In this document: positions 1 through 8,613 of the stretch, piece by piece | Numbering within the stretch: position 1 is the stretch's first letter | Layout of the letters: each line of letters starts with the position of its first letter | Source: Candidatus Moraniibacteriota bacterium | Lineage (GTDB): Bacteria; Patescibacteriota; Minisyncoccia; Moranbacterales; UBA1568 | DNA: 31,932 bases | Assembly: GCA_049290475.1 (NCBI GenBank) | Contig: JBATNS010000007.1 | Coordinates: forward strand, 1-31,932 | Direction of reading: 5' to 3' | Notes under the pieces: generated by a model | What the model was told of the DNA's origin: nothing | The model's database searches: none | The model's input: only the letters and a program-made list of their open reading frames with translations | Program-made: the position numbers and the translations under genes

Positions 1-1
1 T

Positions 2-826
2 CCGCGGCCCATGCTCGACCGGCTGCCGAAGTCACGTTCGCTTCTCGTGAACAAGGGATTCAAGAATGAGGGCATCGCGGTTGTTCTCGCGCGACTCTCG
101 AGCCGATCGGCGACCAATATAGTGCGGGGAGTGAGTATCGGCGCGACGAACCGGTCCTTTGTGGATTTTCCGGCCATGCTTGAAGAAATTGTTGAGGCGT
201 TTTGGGTGGCGGAGGGCTGTCCTTACTTCAGCTATTACGAATTGAATATCAGCTGTCCGAATCTCCAGAACCTGGCTGACGTGAAACCATCGCTCGCCTC
301 ATCCGAAGGACTCAATCGGCTTCTGCTGGCGCTCACACCACTTCAGCTTGTCCGACCGGTGTTTATCAAGTTGCCACTCGAACGAACCGAAACGGAGATG
401 CAGGCACTGATTGCCGTTGCCCTCCCGCACGCCTTCGTCACTGGCCTTATCTTCTCCAATCTCGCCAAAGACCGGAACAATCCAGCGTTCGATGCCGGCG
501 AGATCGCCCGAGCAGGCCGCGGGAATTTCAGCGGCAAACCGACCGAAGCACAGTCGAATGCTCTGCTTCGCTTCGCCTACCGGCACTATCGGGACCGCTT
601 TATTCTCATTGGGACCGGTGGTATCTTCTCAGCGGAGGACGCCTATGCCAAAATCCGCTCGGGAGCATCGCTCGTCCAGCTCATCACGGGGATGATCTAT
701 GAGGGACCGCAGCTGATCGGACAGATCAATGCGGGACTGGTCGCGCTCCTCCGTCGGGACGGGTATACAAATGTCCACGAAGCGATTGGGGCGGATGTCG
801 CGCTCCCAGAGATCATACGGCCATAA
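2..826 (+). CDS. pyrD: Dihydroorotate dehydrogenase, 5'-truncated by the window edge
   Basis: Frame is open upstream of ATG 11 (PRPMLDRL, like the class 2 GNPxPRLFRL motif). Motifs LVNKGFKNEG, ELNISCPN, FIKLP, GNFSGKP, IGTGGIFSAEDAYAKIRSGASLVQLITGMIYEGP. Confidence 0.93.
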   Translation, partial: PRPMLDRLPKSRSLLVNKGFKNEGIAVVLARLSSRSATNIVRGVSIGATNRSFVDFPAMLEEIVEAFWVAEGCPYFSYYELNISCPNLQNLADVKPSLASSEGLNRLLLALTPLQLVRPVFIKLPLERTETEMQALIAVALPHAFVTGLIFSNLAKDRNNPAFDAGEIARAGRGNFSGKPTEAQSNALLRFAYRHYRDRFILIGTGGIFSAEDAYAKIRSGASLVQLITGMIYEGPQLIGQINAGLVALLRRDGYTNVHEAIGADVALPEIIRP

Positions 827-1125
827 ATACTATCTCCGCCATCAGTCTCAGTCTGTATGCAGCGATCAACGTCACTGCGTTCCTCATTATGGCGTGGGAT
901 AAACGGCAGTCGCGTCGGAGTGGCGCCGAACGTATCTCGGAGGGTCTCCTCTTTTTCATGGCGGTTGCGTTCGGGGCACTTGGCGTCTTTCTCGGCATGT
1001 TCGTCTTTCGGCACAAGACGCGGACCTGGTACTTCCTCCTCGGTATCCCGATCGCGTTCGCAGGGAACCTCGCGCTCTTCACTGTTCTCTCGGACTGGTT
1101 CCGGAGTGGTATACTAGGAGCATAA
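823..1125 (+). CDS. DUF1294 family small membrane protein (probable ATA start at 823; first ATG at 889)
   Basis: WDKRQSRR...RISEGLL...GALGVFLGMFVFRHKTR is the DUF1294 pattern. The in-frame upstream segment LYAAINVTAFLI matches the family's N-terminal helix. Confidence 0.8.
   Translation: MNTISAISLSLYAAINVTAFLIMAWDKRQSRRSGAERISEGLLFFMAVAFGALGVFLGMFVFRHKTRTWYFLLGIPIAFAGNLALFTVLSDWFRSGILGA
1107..1115 (+). promoter_or_regulatory. Extended -10 element for the DUF5671 gene
   Basis: TGGTATACT (TGn-TATACT) ending 26 nt before ATG 1142, inside the 3' end of the upstream CDS. Confidence 0.55.
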
Positions 1126-1141
1126 ATCGCTCAACCAATCT

Positions 1142-2329
1142 ATGGAAACCGAGAAACTGTCCCAGTACGTCGTAGACCGTATCCGTGTCGGTGCCGGTAA
1201 GACAGAAGTGAAGGACGAACTCATCACCATCGGCTGGACCGAGGATGAAGCCGAAGCAGCGTTCCGCGCGGGCGTCGTCGCGCTGGGTGCGCCGGTCCCG
1301 ACCGAGGGCAATCGACCCACTTCCTCGAAGCGGGCTTCAACGGTTGATGTTGTTATCAATTTCTTCTCTTTCATTCTGCTCGGTATCGTCGCGAGCGCAC
1401 TCGGGACACTCTATTTCCAGATTGTGAACGCGAGCTTTCCGGATCCGTTGGATGCAAACAATTGGTACGGCCAGTCGCAGATAACGAGCACGATTCATTA
1501 CTCGATTGCTGCGCTGCTCATCGGGTTTCCGCTCTACTATTTCGCGATGCGATTGTGGTTCCGGAAATTTCGCGAAGATGAAGGTCGCATTGAGTCCAAG
1601 CTCTCGAAGTGGCTGACCTACCTCGTTCTTTTGGTGGCCGCGGTCACCGTTGTGGGGGACCTCATCGTCACCCTCTTCACACTGCTGCAAGGAGAGATAT
1701 CCGTGCGGTTTTTCTTGAAGGCGTTGACGATCCTCGGTATCGCTGGCGCGGTTTTTGGTTTCTACTATCTTGAGCGCCGGAAGATCCAGTACCAAGTGGA
1801 TATTCCACGGAGTACCTTCCAGTATTTTGGTCGCGGCGTGGCGATAGTGGTTCTCCTCGGTGTTGGACTGGGTTTCATGATCGGCGGATCACCGACAACC
1901 GAGCGCAATCGTTCCTTCGATGAGACACGGGCGAATCATCTGTCGAGTCTCGCGAGCTGTGTCGAGCAGTACGCTTCAAACTTTGGTGCGTTACCGACGA
2001 CCCTCGCTGATTTGCGCCAGTCGAGTCAGTATGGCTACTGCAGTGCCTACACGCTCGATCCTGAAACGGGTGTGGCATACCCGTATCGCGTCGTGACCGT
2101 TTCTCGGAGCGAGGGTCTGTCTCAGGTCGGTGAGTTTGAACTCTGTGCCGAATTCGCGCTGGCTTCCAAAGGAACGGCGGAGAGTGTGGCGAGTGTGGAC
2201 GGCTATGGCATGACTACTGTTTGGCAAGAACATGGTGCTGGTCGGAGCTGTGACACGGTGAGTGCCCAGCTAGCGGTCCCACCAAGTAAATCACCCATGC
2301 TTCCAATGAATCCGAATCAGAATTTTTAA
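1142..2329 (+). CDS. DUF5671-type multi-pass membrane protein with a C-terminal pilin-like domain
   Basis: Short N-terminal helical domain, about 5 TM segments (KWLTYLVLLVAAVTVVGDLIVTLFTLLQGEIS...FFLK), then DETRANHLSSL...YASNFGALPTTLADL...DPETGVAYPY...FELCAEF. Confidence 0.75.
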   Translation: METEKLSQYVVDRIRVGAGKTEVKDELITIGWTEDEAEAAFRAGVVALGAPVPTEGNRPTSSKRASTVDVVINFFSFILLGIVASALGTLYFQIVNASFPDPLDANNWYGQSQITSTIHYSIAALLIGFPLYYFAMRLWFRKFREDEGRIESKLSKWLTYLVLLVAAVTVVGDLIVTLFTLLQGEISVRFFLKALTILGIAGAVFGFYYLERRKIQYQVDIPRSTFQYFGRGVAIVVLLGVGLGFMIGGSPTTERNRSFDETRANHLSSLASCVEQYASNFGALPTTLADLRQSSQYGYCSAYTLDPETGVAYPYRVVTVSRSEGLSQVGEFELCAEFALASKGTAESVASVDGYGMTTVWQEHGAGRSCDTVSAQLAVPPSKSPMLPMNPNQNF

Positions 2330-2334
2330 CGGAT

Positions 2335-2595
2335 ATGGCTACATCAATTAGTCGTGTCGGTATCGGTGTCGGGGTTATCGCTGGTTTCCTCCTCCTTCTC
2401 CTCGCTGCCGCCGTGTTCTTCCGTCTGAGTTTCACGACGGTGGAGCGTGGTATCCCGAGCGTGGATACGCCAATCCCAGGCGTCGGAGAATGGGCGTGTA
2501 CGATGGAAGCCAAGCTTTGTCCGGATGGTTCCGCAGTGAGCCGTTCTGGTCCCAGGTGCGAATTCGCACCATGTCCTGGTGGAGTTGCTCGATAA
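2335..2595 (+). CDS. Small membrane-anchored protein with a 4-Cys extracellular module
   Basis: One N-terminal TM helix and C-terminal CTMEAKLCPDGSAVSRSGPRCEFAPCP, a module I recognise as common in CPR surface proteins. Confidence 0.75.
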   Translation: MATSISRVGIGVGVIAGFLLLLLAAAVFFRLSFTTVERGIPSVDTPIPGVGEWACTMEAKLCPDGSAVSRSGPRCEFAPCPGGVAR

Positions 2596-2608
2596 TTTTT
2601 GGGTAATA

Positions 2609-2638
2609 AAAAAACCACCTTTTAAAAGGCGGTTTTTT
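2609..2638. terminator. Bidirectional intrinsic terminator between convergent genes
   Basis: AAAAAACCACCTTTTAAAAGGCGGTTTTTT is a palindrome with one mismatch (G-U on the minus strand) and A/T tracts on both sides. Confidence 0.8.
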
Positions 2639-2644
2639 CTCTCC

Positions 2645-2953
2645 CTAGCGAACGTATGGACTCTGGAGGTCCTCTTTGTCGGCTGCCCGGTCAATCGCAG
2701 CAATTCTGTCTTGCTCAGCCTTCGGGTCGCTGATGCCAGTCCGGAGCTGCCCATCATCGAGGGAACGCCATTTTGGGTCTATGCCAACGAATTTTTTGTA
2801 TCCAGCCATCAGTTGATCTCTGGATAATCCAGGCAGGAAAGTGACGATCTCTTCATGGGTGAGCGTATCGATGTCTACGTCACTTACTTCTGGGGTAGGA
2901 ATCTCCTCCTCTGGTGCTACGGGAGGGGTGAGAAATGACTGTTCCATCTGCAT
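2645..2953 (-). CDS. Hypothetical acidic protein (102 aa)
   Basis: Fills the gap between the terminator and a minus-strand TATAAT (2980-2985). Protein-like composition, no motif recognised. Confidence 0.65.
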   Translation of the reverse strand: MQMEQSFLTPPVAPEEEIPTPEVSDVDIDTLTHEEIVTFLPGLSRDQLMAGYKKFVGIDPKWRSLDDGQLRTGISDPKAEQDRIAAIDRAADKEDLQSPYVR

Positions 2954-2979
2954 AGGTCGAGTATTACAGTTACGCCACT

Positions 2980-3013
2980 ATTATACACTGCTCCTGGGGA
3001 GGGGTGGTAAAAT
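2980..3013. promoter_or_regulatory. Back-to-back -10 elements of divergent promoters
   Basis: Minus-strand TATAAT at 2985-2980; plus-strand TGGTAAAAT at 3005-3013, upstream of ATG 3031. Confidence 0.55.
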
Positions 3014-3030
3014 GGTCAAGGACTACGAGT

Positions 3031-3255
3031 ATGCGCCTTTTTGTGACCGTCAAAACTCGAGCACGTGAGGAGAGTGTCGAAACTATCGATCCAAGCCACT
3101 TCACCGTGTCAGTAAAGGCACAACCAATCGAGGGGAAGGTAAATGCCGCCGTCCGGCGTCTCCTCGCCCAGTATCTCGGGGTGCCGAGGGTGACCCTAGT
3201 GCTCCGGAGTGGTGTGAATGGAAAAAAGAAAGTATTTGATTACGAAACAGCATGA
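3031..3255 (+). CDS. DUF167 / YggU family protein
   Basis: MRLFVTVKTRARE...VSVKAQPIEGKVNAAVRRLLA.YLGV...LRSG..GKKKVF. Start moved to ATG 3031. Confidence 0.85.
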   Translation: MRLFVTVKTRAREESVETIDPSHFTVSVKAQPIEGKVNAAVRRLLAQYLGVPRVTLVLRSGVNGKKKVFDYETA

Positions 3256-3818
3256 ATCGGACAATCGCCTTGGGCATGACCACCTACGATTATACGTTGC
3301 GCCGCAGTCTGCGCGCACGACAGCTTCGATTGTCAGTCGGGCCTGGGGGCGCGCTCGCGGTCTCGGCGCCGTATTGGGTGAGCGACGGTTTCATCGAACG
3401 CTTCCTCATCAATCATGCCGAGTGGATCAGAGAGAAGGTAGAGCAGCTCAAGCGGACCAGTCACTCGCCACTCGCTCGGGGTGGGAAACGCGAGTACGCT
3501 CGACATAAGGAAGCGGCCCGAGCGCTCGCTGTGGCACGACTCGCACAGTTCAATGAGTCGTATGGTTTCGCCTATCACCAAGTCAGTATCCGTAACCAGA
3601 AGACGCGCTGGGGGAGTTGTTCGAAACGAGGGAATCTGTCGTTCAATTATCGAATCGCACTTTTGCCGGCCGACCTCGCCGATTATGTGATTCTTCATGA
3701 GCTTTGCCATCTCGGCGCTTTTGATCACTCCGAACGTTTTTGGAAACTCATGGCGCGAACGATGCAGGATTATCTCAAACGTCGTCGGGCACTGCGTAAG
3801 ACAGCCTTGATAGACTAA
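3252..3818 (+). CDS. YgjP-like (DUF45 / M48-SprT-like) zinc metallohydrolase
   Basis: QKTRWGSCS..GNLSFNYRI...DYVILHELCHL..FDHSERFW (HExxH). ATGA overlap with the upstream stop. Confidence 0.9.
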   Translation: MNRTIALGMTTYDYTLRRSLRARQLRLSVGPGGALAVSAPYWVSDGFIERFLINHAEWIREKVEQLKRTSHSPLARGGKREYARHKEAARALAVARLAQFNESYGFAYHQVSIRNQKTRWGSCSKRGNLSFNYRIALLPADLADYVILHELCHLGAFDHSERFWKLMARTMQDYLKRRRALRKTALID

Positions 3819-3822
3819 ACGT

Positions 3823-4446
3823 ATGAATAAATTCCGACTCGAAGCTCTTTCGGATGGCGTTTTTGCAATCGTTATGACGCTCCTCGTCATTGAGATAACG
3901 GTCCCGGAAATCCACCATCCCTCTGATACCCAACTTTGGTTAGAGCTCCAGCAGCTCGGACCACTCTTCGTGAGTTATTTTGTCAGCTTCACTGTCCTCG
4001 CGATGTTCTGGATTTCGCATAACTTTTTCTACGGAGCCTTTACCAAGGTTGTCAATCGACAGCTGGTTCTCTTGAATATGTTCTACCTTTCCTTTGTGTC
4101 ACTCATTCCATTTTCAGCCCATTTCCTCGGCTCATATCCTGATTCGGAGCTTGCGGTTCTCGTCTACGGATGTAATGTGTTTCTCCTCGGTGCTGCTTCG
4201 ACTGCGGTTCTGCAGTATGCTATCCATTCTGAGGAAATTGACACGAGCCACATCACCCAGCGCATTCTCGCCCAGGCCAGGATCCGGTCATATCTGATTC
4301 CTGCCATGACCCTCATTGGTATCATAGCCATCCCATTCAGTCTGTCGTTTGCCCTCTTTTGTTATGCGTTCCCGATCCTTTTCAATATCGTTCCGGGTCT
4401 TCTGAATTGGGTTGAGCAAAAGGTTGGCCTTAATTTCGGCGACTAG
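3823..4446 (+). CDS. TMEM175 family (DUF1211) potassium channel
   Basis: RLEALSDGVFAIVMTLLV signature, SF.VLAMFWISH, LIPFS, about 6 TM helices. Confidence 0.9.
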   Translation: MNKFRLEALSDGVFAIVMTLLVIEITVPEIHHPSDTQLWLELQQLGPLFVSYFVSFTVLAMFWISHNFFYGAFTKVVNRQLVLLNMFYLSFVSLIPFSAHFLGSYPDSELAVLVYGCNVFLLGAASTAVLQYAIHSEEIDTSHITQRILAQARIRSYLIPAMTLIGIIAIPFSLSFALFCYAFPILFNIVPGLLNWVEQKVGLNFGD

Positions 4447-4462
4447 CAGCCTCGTCCTTCGT

Positions 4463-4705
4463 ATGTATCATCTCTATATCCTGCGCTGCGCTGACAGCAC
4501 ACTCTATACCGGAATCACGACGGATCTCGCGCGCCGCGTGACCGAACACAATACATCGGCTATCGGTGCGAAGTATACCCGTGCCCGGCGCCCAGTTGCA
4601 CTCGTCTATTCGCGGCGTTTCCGAACTCGTGCGACTGCTTCAAGCGAGGAGGCTCGCATCAAAGCCCTGTCGCGAACCAAAAAACTTTTACTCATCGAAT
4701 CCTGA
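4463..4705 (+). CDS. Small GIY-YIG nuclease (YhbQ/YazA-like)
   Basis: YILRCADSTLYTGITTDLARRVTEHN...GAKYTRARRPV.LVY...A.SEEARIKALSR.KK. Start at ATG 4463. Confidence 0.92.
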   Translation: MYHLYILRCADSTLYTGITTDLARRVTEHNTSAIGAKYTRARRPVALVYSRRFRTRATASSEEARIKALSRTKKLLLIES

Positions 4706-4710
4706 TAGTT

Positions 4711-5388
4711 ATGGCTAGTTTTCGATCGCACATTTCTCTGGGTATCGCTTCGGGCATCCTTGGTGGGACGGCATTGGTTTCGTTGGCCGTACTCGATCAG
4801 CCAAACTTTCTGCTTGTCGTTTTTGTCGCGGCCGTCCTCGGGTCAGTCTTGCCCGATATGGATTCTGACTCAGGCATTCCGTTTCATGTCTCGTTTGGAT
4901 CGTTCGCAGTCGTGGCGGCAGCACTTGCTGGCTCATCGGCGTACCAGGAAACGCCGGACGATCTCTTTCGTGTGGCCCTATGGACCGCTGGTGCCTTCGG
5001 CTTCGTCTACATTGTCCTGGGAAGCGTTTTCAAACGCCTTACCCGGCACCGCGGCATGGCACACTCGCTTCCGGCGGCGCTCCTCGCTGGGCTCGTCACA
5101 TTCTTCCTCGCGGTGCATTTCTCATTCACTGATATGGAGGCGTTCGTCCTCGCGGTCGCGATGATCGCGGGATATATTGGTCATCTCATCCTTGATGAAT
5201 TGTACGCGGCGGTAAATTTCCATGGGACACCATTCATCCCCAATAAAGCGCTCGGGAGTGCACTGAAACTCTTTTCTAGTGACAGACTCATCAATGTGGC
5301 AGTCTACGGAGCGATTCTCTTTATGTTTGCCGGGAATGTCGGTCGTTTTGCCAATCTCGCCGAGAAGTTCTGGCGGACAATTACCTGA
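4711..5388 (+). CDS. YdjM-like membrane metal-dependent hydrolase
   Basis: N-terminal His (FRSH), LPDMDSD, HRGMAHS and HLILDE motifs, multiple TM helices. Confidence 0.85.
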   Translation: MASFRSHISLGIASGILGGTALVSLAVLDQPNFLLVVFVAAVLGSVLPDMDSDSGIPFHVSFGSFAVVAAALAGSSAYQETPDDLFRVALWTAGAFGFVYIVLGSVFKRLTRHRGMAHSLPAALLAGLVTFFLAVHFSFTDMEAFVLAVAMIAGYIGHLILDELYAAVNFHGTPFIPNKALGSALKLFSSDRLINVAVYGAILFMFAGNVGRFANLAEKFWRTIT

Positions 5389-5430
5389 TTTTCTGAAGGC
5401 AAAGTCGTGACGTGATGATTTTTCCGTGCG

Positions 5431-5439
5431 TGTTAAGAT
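5431..5439 (+). promoter_or_regulatory. Extended -10 element for the ABC/esterase operon
   Basis: TGTTAAGAT in the intergenic gap upstream of ATG 5478. Confidence 0.45.
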
Positions 5440-5477
5440 AGAAAAGAACTGGTATTCCAAGGTTAATTTTGCACCGT

Positions 5478-6140
5478 ATGATTGAACTACATGGTGTTTC
5501 TAAGAGTTTTGTCTCGAATGGGGAGCGGATTAGTATCCTCGAATCTGTTGATCTTGATCTGAAGAAGGGTGAAAAGGTCGCGATTGTCGGTCCTTCAGGC
5601 TCCGGCAAGACGACACTTCTGTCACTCATCGCGGGACTCGATATCCCTGACGTGGGAACAATAACCGTCGCGGAAACCGTCCTCTCTTCGCTCGATGAGT
5701 CCGGAATGGCACGATTCCGCAATGCCACCATTGGCATCGTTTTCCAATCATTCGAGCTCATTGCACCGTTTACGGCCATCGAAAATGTTCGGGCGCCGCT
5801 CGATATCGCCGGTAAAGCTGATGGGGAACAGGCTGACGACTGGCTGCGATCTGTTGGTCTCGACCATCGTCGATCGGCGCTGCCAGGAACACTCTCGGGC
5901 GGGGAGAAGCAGCGGGCGGCGATCGCTCGGGCGCTCGTCATGCGTCCGGCAGTTGTGCTCGCCGATGAACCAACGGGTAGCCTCGATCGGATGACTGGTG
6001 GCAAAGTCATCGACCTTCTCATCGCCGAGACGGAAAAAACTGGCGCGACACTCGTCATCATCACCCATGACTTGAGCGTCGCTGAAAAAATGGATCGGGT
6101 TTTTGAACTTCGTGATCGGAAGCTGCATGTCCTCCCATAA
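5478..6140 (+). CDS. ABC transporter ATP-binding protein (YbbA/LolD-like)
   Basis: Walker A GPSGSGKT, Q-loop IVFQ, signature LSGGEKQR, Walker B LADEPTGSLD, ITHD. Confidence 0.95.
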   Translation: MIELHGVSKSFVSNGERISILESVDLDLKKGEKVAIVGPSGSGKTTLLSLIAGLDIPDVGTITVAETVLSSLDESGMARFRNATIGIVFQSFELIAPFTAIENVRAPLDIAGKADGEQADDWLRSVGLDHRRSALPGTLSGGEKQRAAIARALVMRPAVVLADEPTGSLDRMTGGKVIDLLIAETEKTGATLVIITHDLSVAEKMDRVFELRDRKLHVLP

Positions 6141-8613
6141 GTACATCCTTACCTTCGGCGCGCGTCTCCTTCGGCGCGAGTGGCCGAAGTATAGTTTAGC
6201 TTTCCTTTCGCTTTTCGTAACGAGCGTGACTTTTACTGTGGTACTCATCGGGGTCGACGGTGCGCAGGGCTATCTCGAAAGCCGTTCACGCGAGTTCGTC
6301 GGTGGTGATCTGACGCTCGAATCGGGTTCGCCGACTGAGACCGGTTCGGTGACTGCACCGCTTGAAGGGTATATCGCTGCCGCTGACCGGGAAACGGAGC
6401 TGAATCTCGCCGTCCGGAGCGCTTCCGGAGTGACCGGTATCTCGGCGCGTGCTGTGACCGAATCTTTTCCACTCTACGGAGAGCTCGAAATCGAAGGCGT
6501 GCCGTACCAGTTTCCGGCGGCTGACGAAATTTATGTCGAGCGTGCGGTTCTCGATCGGCTGCAGCTTTCCATTGGAGATGAGCTTTCCATCGGTTCAGTC
6601 GGCTACCGGATCCGGGGTATCATACTGCGCGAGCCAGATGCGCTGGTTCAGGGGTTCCGGTTCGCCCCCCGGGCGATTCTCTCGGAGTCCGGGCTTTCGC
6701 GGGCGAATATTGTGCTTGCCGAGAGTCGGAGTGAATACGAGTACCGCCACCGTTTCAGTCAGCCGGTGCCGGAAGCTATACTCCAGTCTGTCGTTGAGAA
6801 TGCAGAAAAAGCCGGTTTCGAGACCCGTATTGCTGGTGATGGGAAGTCCGGCTTTCTCCGCCGCCTTGCCAATGTCGAACGCTTTTTCCTCATCACCGTC
6901 CTTATCGGTGCCGTCCTCTCCTCGGTGAATGTCTATGCCAATACGCTTTCGCTCGTCACCCGGCTTCGCCGGAGCTTTGCGATTTTCCTCGTCATTGGTG
7001 CGACGAAGCGGGCAATTTTGTCATTGGTGTTTGGGATTATCGCGGCCATTACTCTTCTAGCATCTTTCTCTGGCGGTCTCATCGGACTCGCTCTCGTTTC
7101 ATGGCTTTACACCTGGGTGAAAGCGGAGACAGGTATTGGGCTTGCCGTCAGCGCTGCTCCATCAGCATTCGCACTCGTTGTGCTCGGGACGCTCGCAACC
7201 AGTATCGCCGCGGCTTTTCCAGCTCTCCGTGATCTGCTCTCACTTCAACCAAAATTTCTACTTTCTGGGAATCAAACAGACGGTGCCATCCGGTCCGGTT
7301 GGATTATCGGCAGCATGTCCGTAGTTTCTTTCCTTCCCCTTTTCGTTCTGGCTGCCGCGCTCCTCGGTCGTCTCGATCGGGCGGCACTCTCGATCGGTGG
7401 GACACTCGTTGTCTTCATTCTCCTCGCTGCGCTCATCATGCTCATCCTCCGCTTCCTCTATCGGGAGCGAGGACAGGTCTCATTCTTTTTCCGGACCATC
7501 ATCGCGGAAAAATATTCTGATGGCATTTTCGGAACAGTGGCGGCGACCTCACTCTCCCTCGCTCTTGCGAGCATTTTTACGCTTTCGCTCATGGAGCGCA
7601 GTCTCGAGAAATTCTTTGAAACAGGTATCGGGACGACAATTCCGAACGCTTATATCATTGATGTCCAGAAAGACCAACTTTCAGCGGTAAACCGTATTGT
7701 CCCAAGAGCGACGCTCTTCCCGAATATTCGCGCCCGGATACAGCGGATCGATGAGCGCCGGATCCAGGAGCGGCTCCGTGATGATTCGGCTGGTGAAGAT
7801 CGCGAGTTGGGGCGGGAATTCAATCTGACCTATCGAACGGAGCTTCTCTCGAGCGAAGAGATTATCGACGGAGTATGGCAGGGGAGTCGGACCGGAGAAG
7901 TGTCGGTCGACAGCGAATTCGCTGGCCGGGTCGGTATCCGACTCGGCTCAATGGTCGAATTTTTTGTCCAGGGTATAGCGATCGAAGCGACCGTGACGAG
8001 TCTGCGCAAGACCGATACCACCAGTGGACTCCCGTTCTTCTACTTTGTGTTGCATCCGGATGATGTCAGCCGGTTTCCAGCGAGCTATTTCGGCTATGCC
8101 GATGTCACTCCTGACCAACTTCGTGTTGTCGAACGTTCGCTCGCGGCCGAAGTACCGAATGTGAGCGTGCTTGATACTTCAGCCATCGGCCGGATTGTGA
8201 GCGAGGTGACAGGGACGGTACTAATGCTACTCTCCGTGATTACGTTTCCACCACTGCTTTTGGCGATGCTGCTTCTCATTACGCTCGTCGCATCGACCTT
8301 CGCTGGCCGCCGGCGAGATGCCCTCCGGTTGCGCGTGCTCGGTATGACTCGCCGGGAGACAATCAGGCTGTATCTTGCTGAAACCGTGCTCACCGTGCTT
8401 TTCGTGAGCTTCGGTGCCGTACTCCTGGCCCAAGGTGTTGTCTTCAATCTGATGCACTGGGTGCTCGAGGGAGTCGATCCGGTCTTCCTCGATTGGCAGA
8501 TACTAGAGATTGCCTCCGGGCTCGGAGCAGCACTTTTCCTCTATGCATTGGTTCTCCTTCGCACCGGTGAACGAAATTTACGTGATGCTATCGGTTATGA
8601 AGAAAACAACTAG
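6127..8613 (+). CDS. FtsX/MacB-like double-module ABC permease (YbbP-like)
   Basis: About 828 aa with two TM plus extracytoplasmic modules. GGDL, FPLYG, PNAYIIDVQKDQ, REFNLT, ALRLRVLG motifs. Overlaps the ATPase stop. Confidence 0.88.
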   Translation: MSSHKYILTFGARLLRREWPKYSLAFLSLFVTSVTFTVVLIGVDGAQGYLESRSREFVGGDLTLESGSPTETGSVTAPLEGYIAAADRETELNLAVRSASGVTGISARAVTESFPLYGELEIEGVPYQFPAADEIYVERAVLDRLQLSIGDELSIGSVGYRIRGIILREPDALVQGFRFAPRAILSESGLSRANIVLAESRSEYEYRHRFSQPVPEAILQSVVENAEKAGFETRIAGDGKSGFLRRLANVERFFLITVLIGAVLSSVNVYANTLSLVTRLRRSFAIFLVIGATKRAILSLVFGIIAAITLLASFSGGLIGLALVSWLYTWVKAETGIGLAVSAAPSAFALVVLGTLATSIAAAFPALRDLLSLQPKFLLSGNQTDGAIRSGWIIGSMSVVSFLPLFVLAAALLGRLDRAALSIGGTLVVFILLAALIMLILRFLYRERGQVSFFFRTIIAEKYSDGIFGTVAATSLSLALASIFTLSLMERSLEKFFETGIGTTIPNAYIIDVQKDQLSAVNRIVPRATLFPNIRARIQRIDERRIQERLRDDSAGEDRELGREFNLTYRTELLSSEEIIDGVWQGSRTGEVSVDSEFAGRVGIRLGSMVEFFVQGIAIEATVTSLRKTDTTSGLPFFYFVLHPDDVSRFPASYFGYADVTPDQLRVVERSLAAEVPNVSVLDTSAIGRIVSEVTGTVLMLLSVITFPPLLLAMLLLITLVASTFAGRRRDALRLRVLGMTRRETIRLYLAETVLTVLFVSFGAVLLAQGVVFNLMHWVLEGVDPVFLDWQILEIASGLGAALFLYALVLLRTGERNLRDAIGYEENN

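Noticed and set aside
4463..4705. GIY-YIG gene as a homing endonuclease or mobile intron
   Set aside because: It is only 80 aa with no DNA-binding extension, and it does not interrupt any gene.
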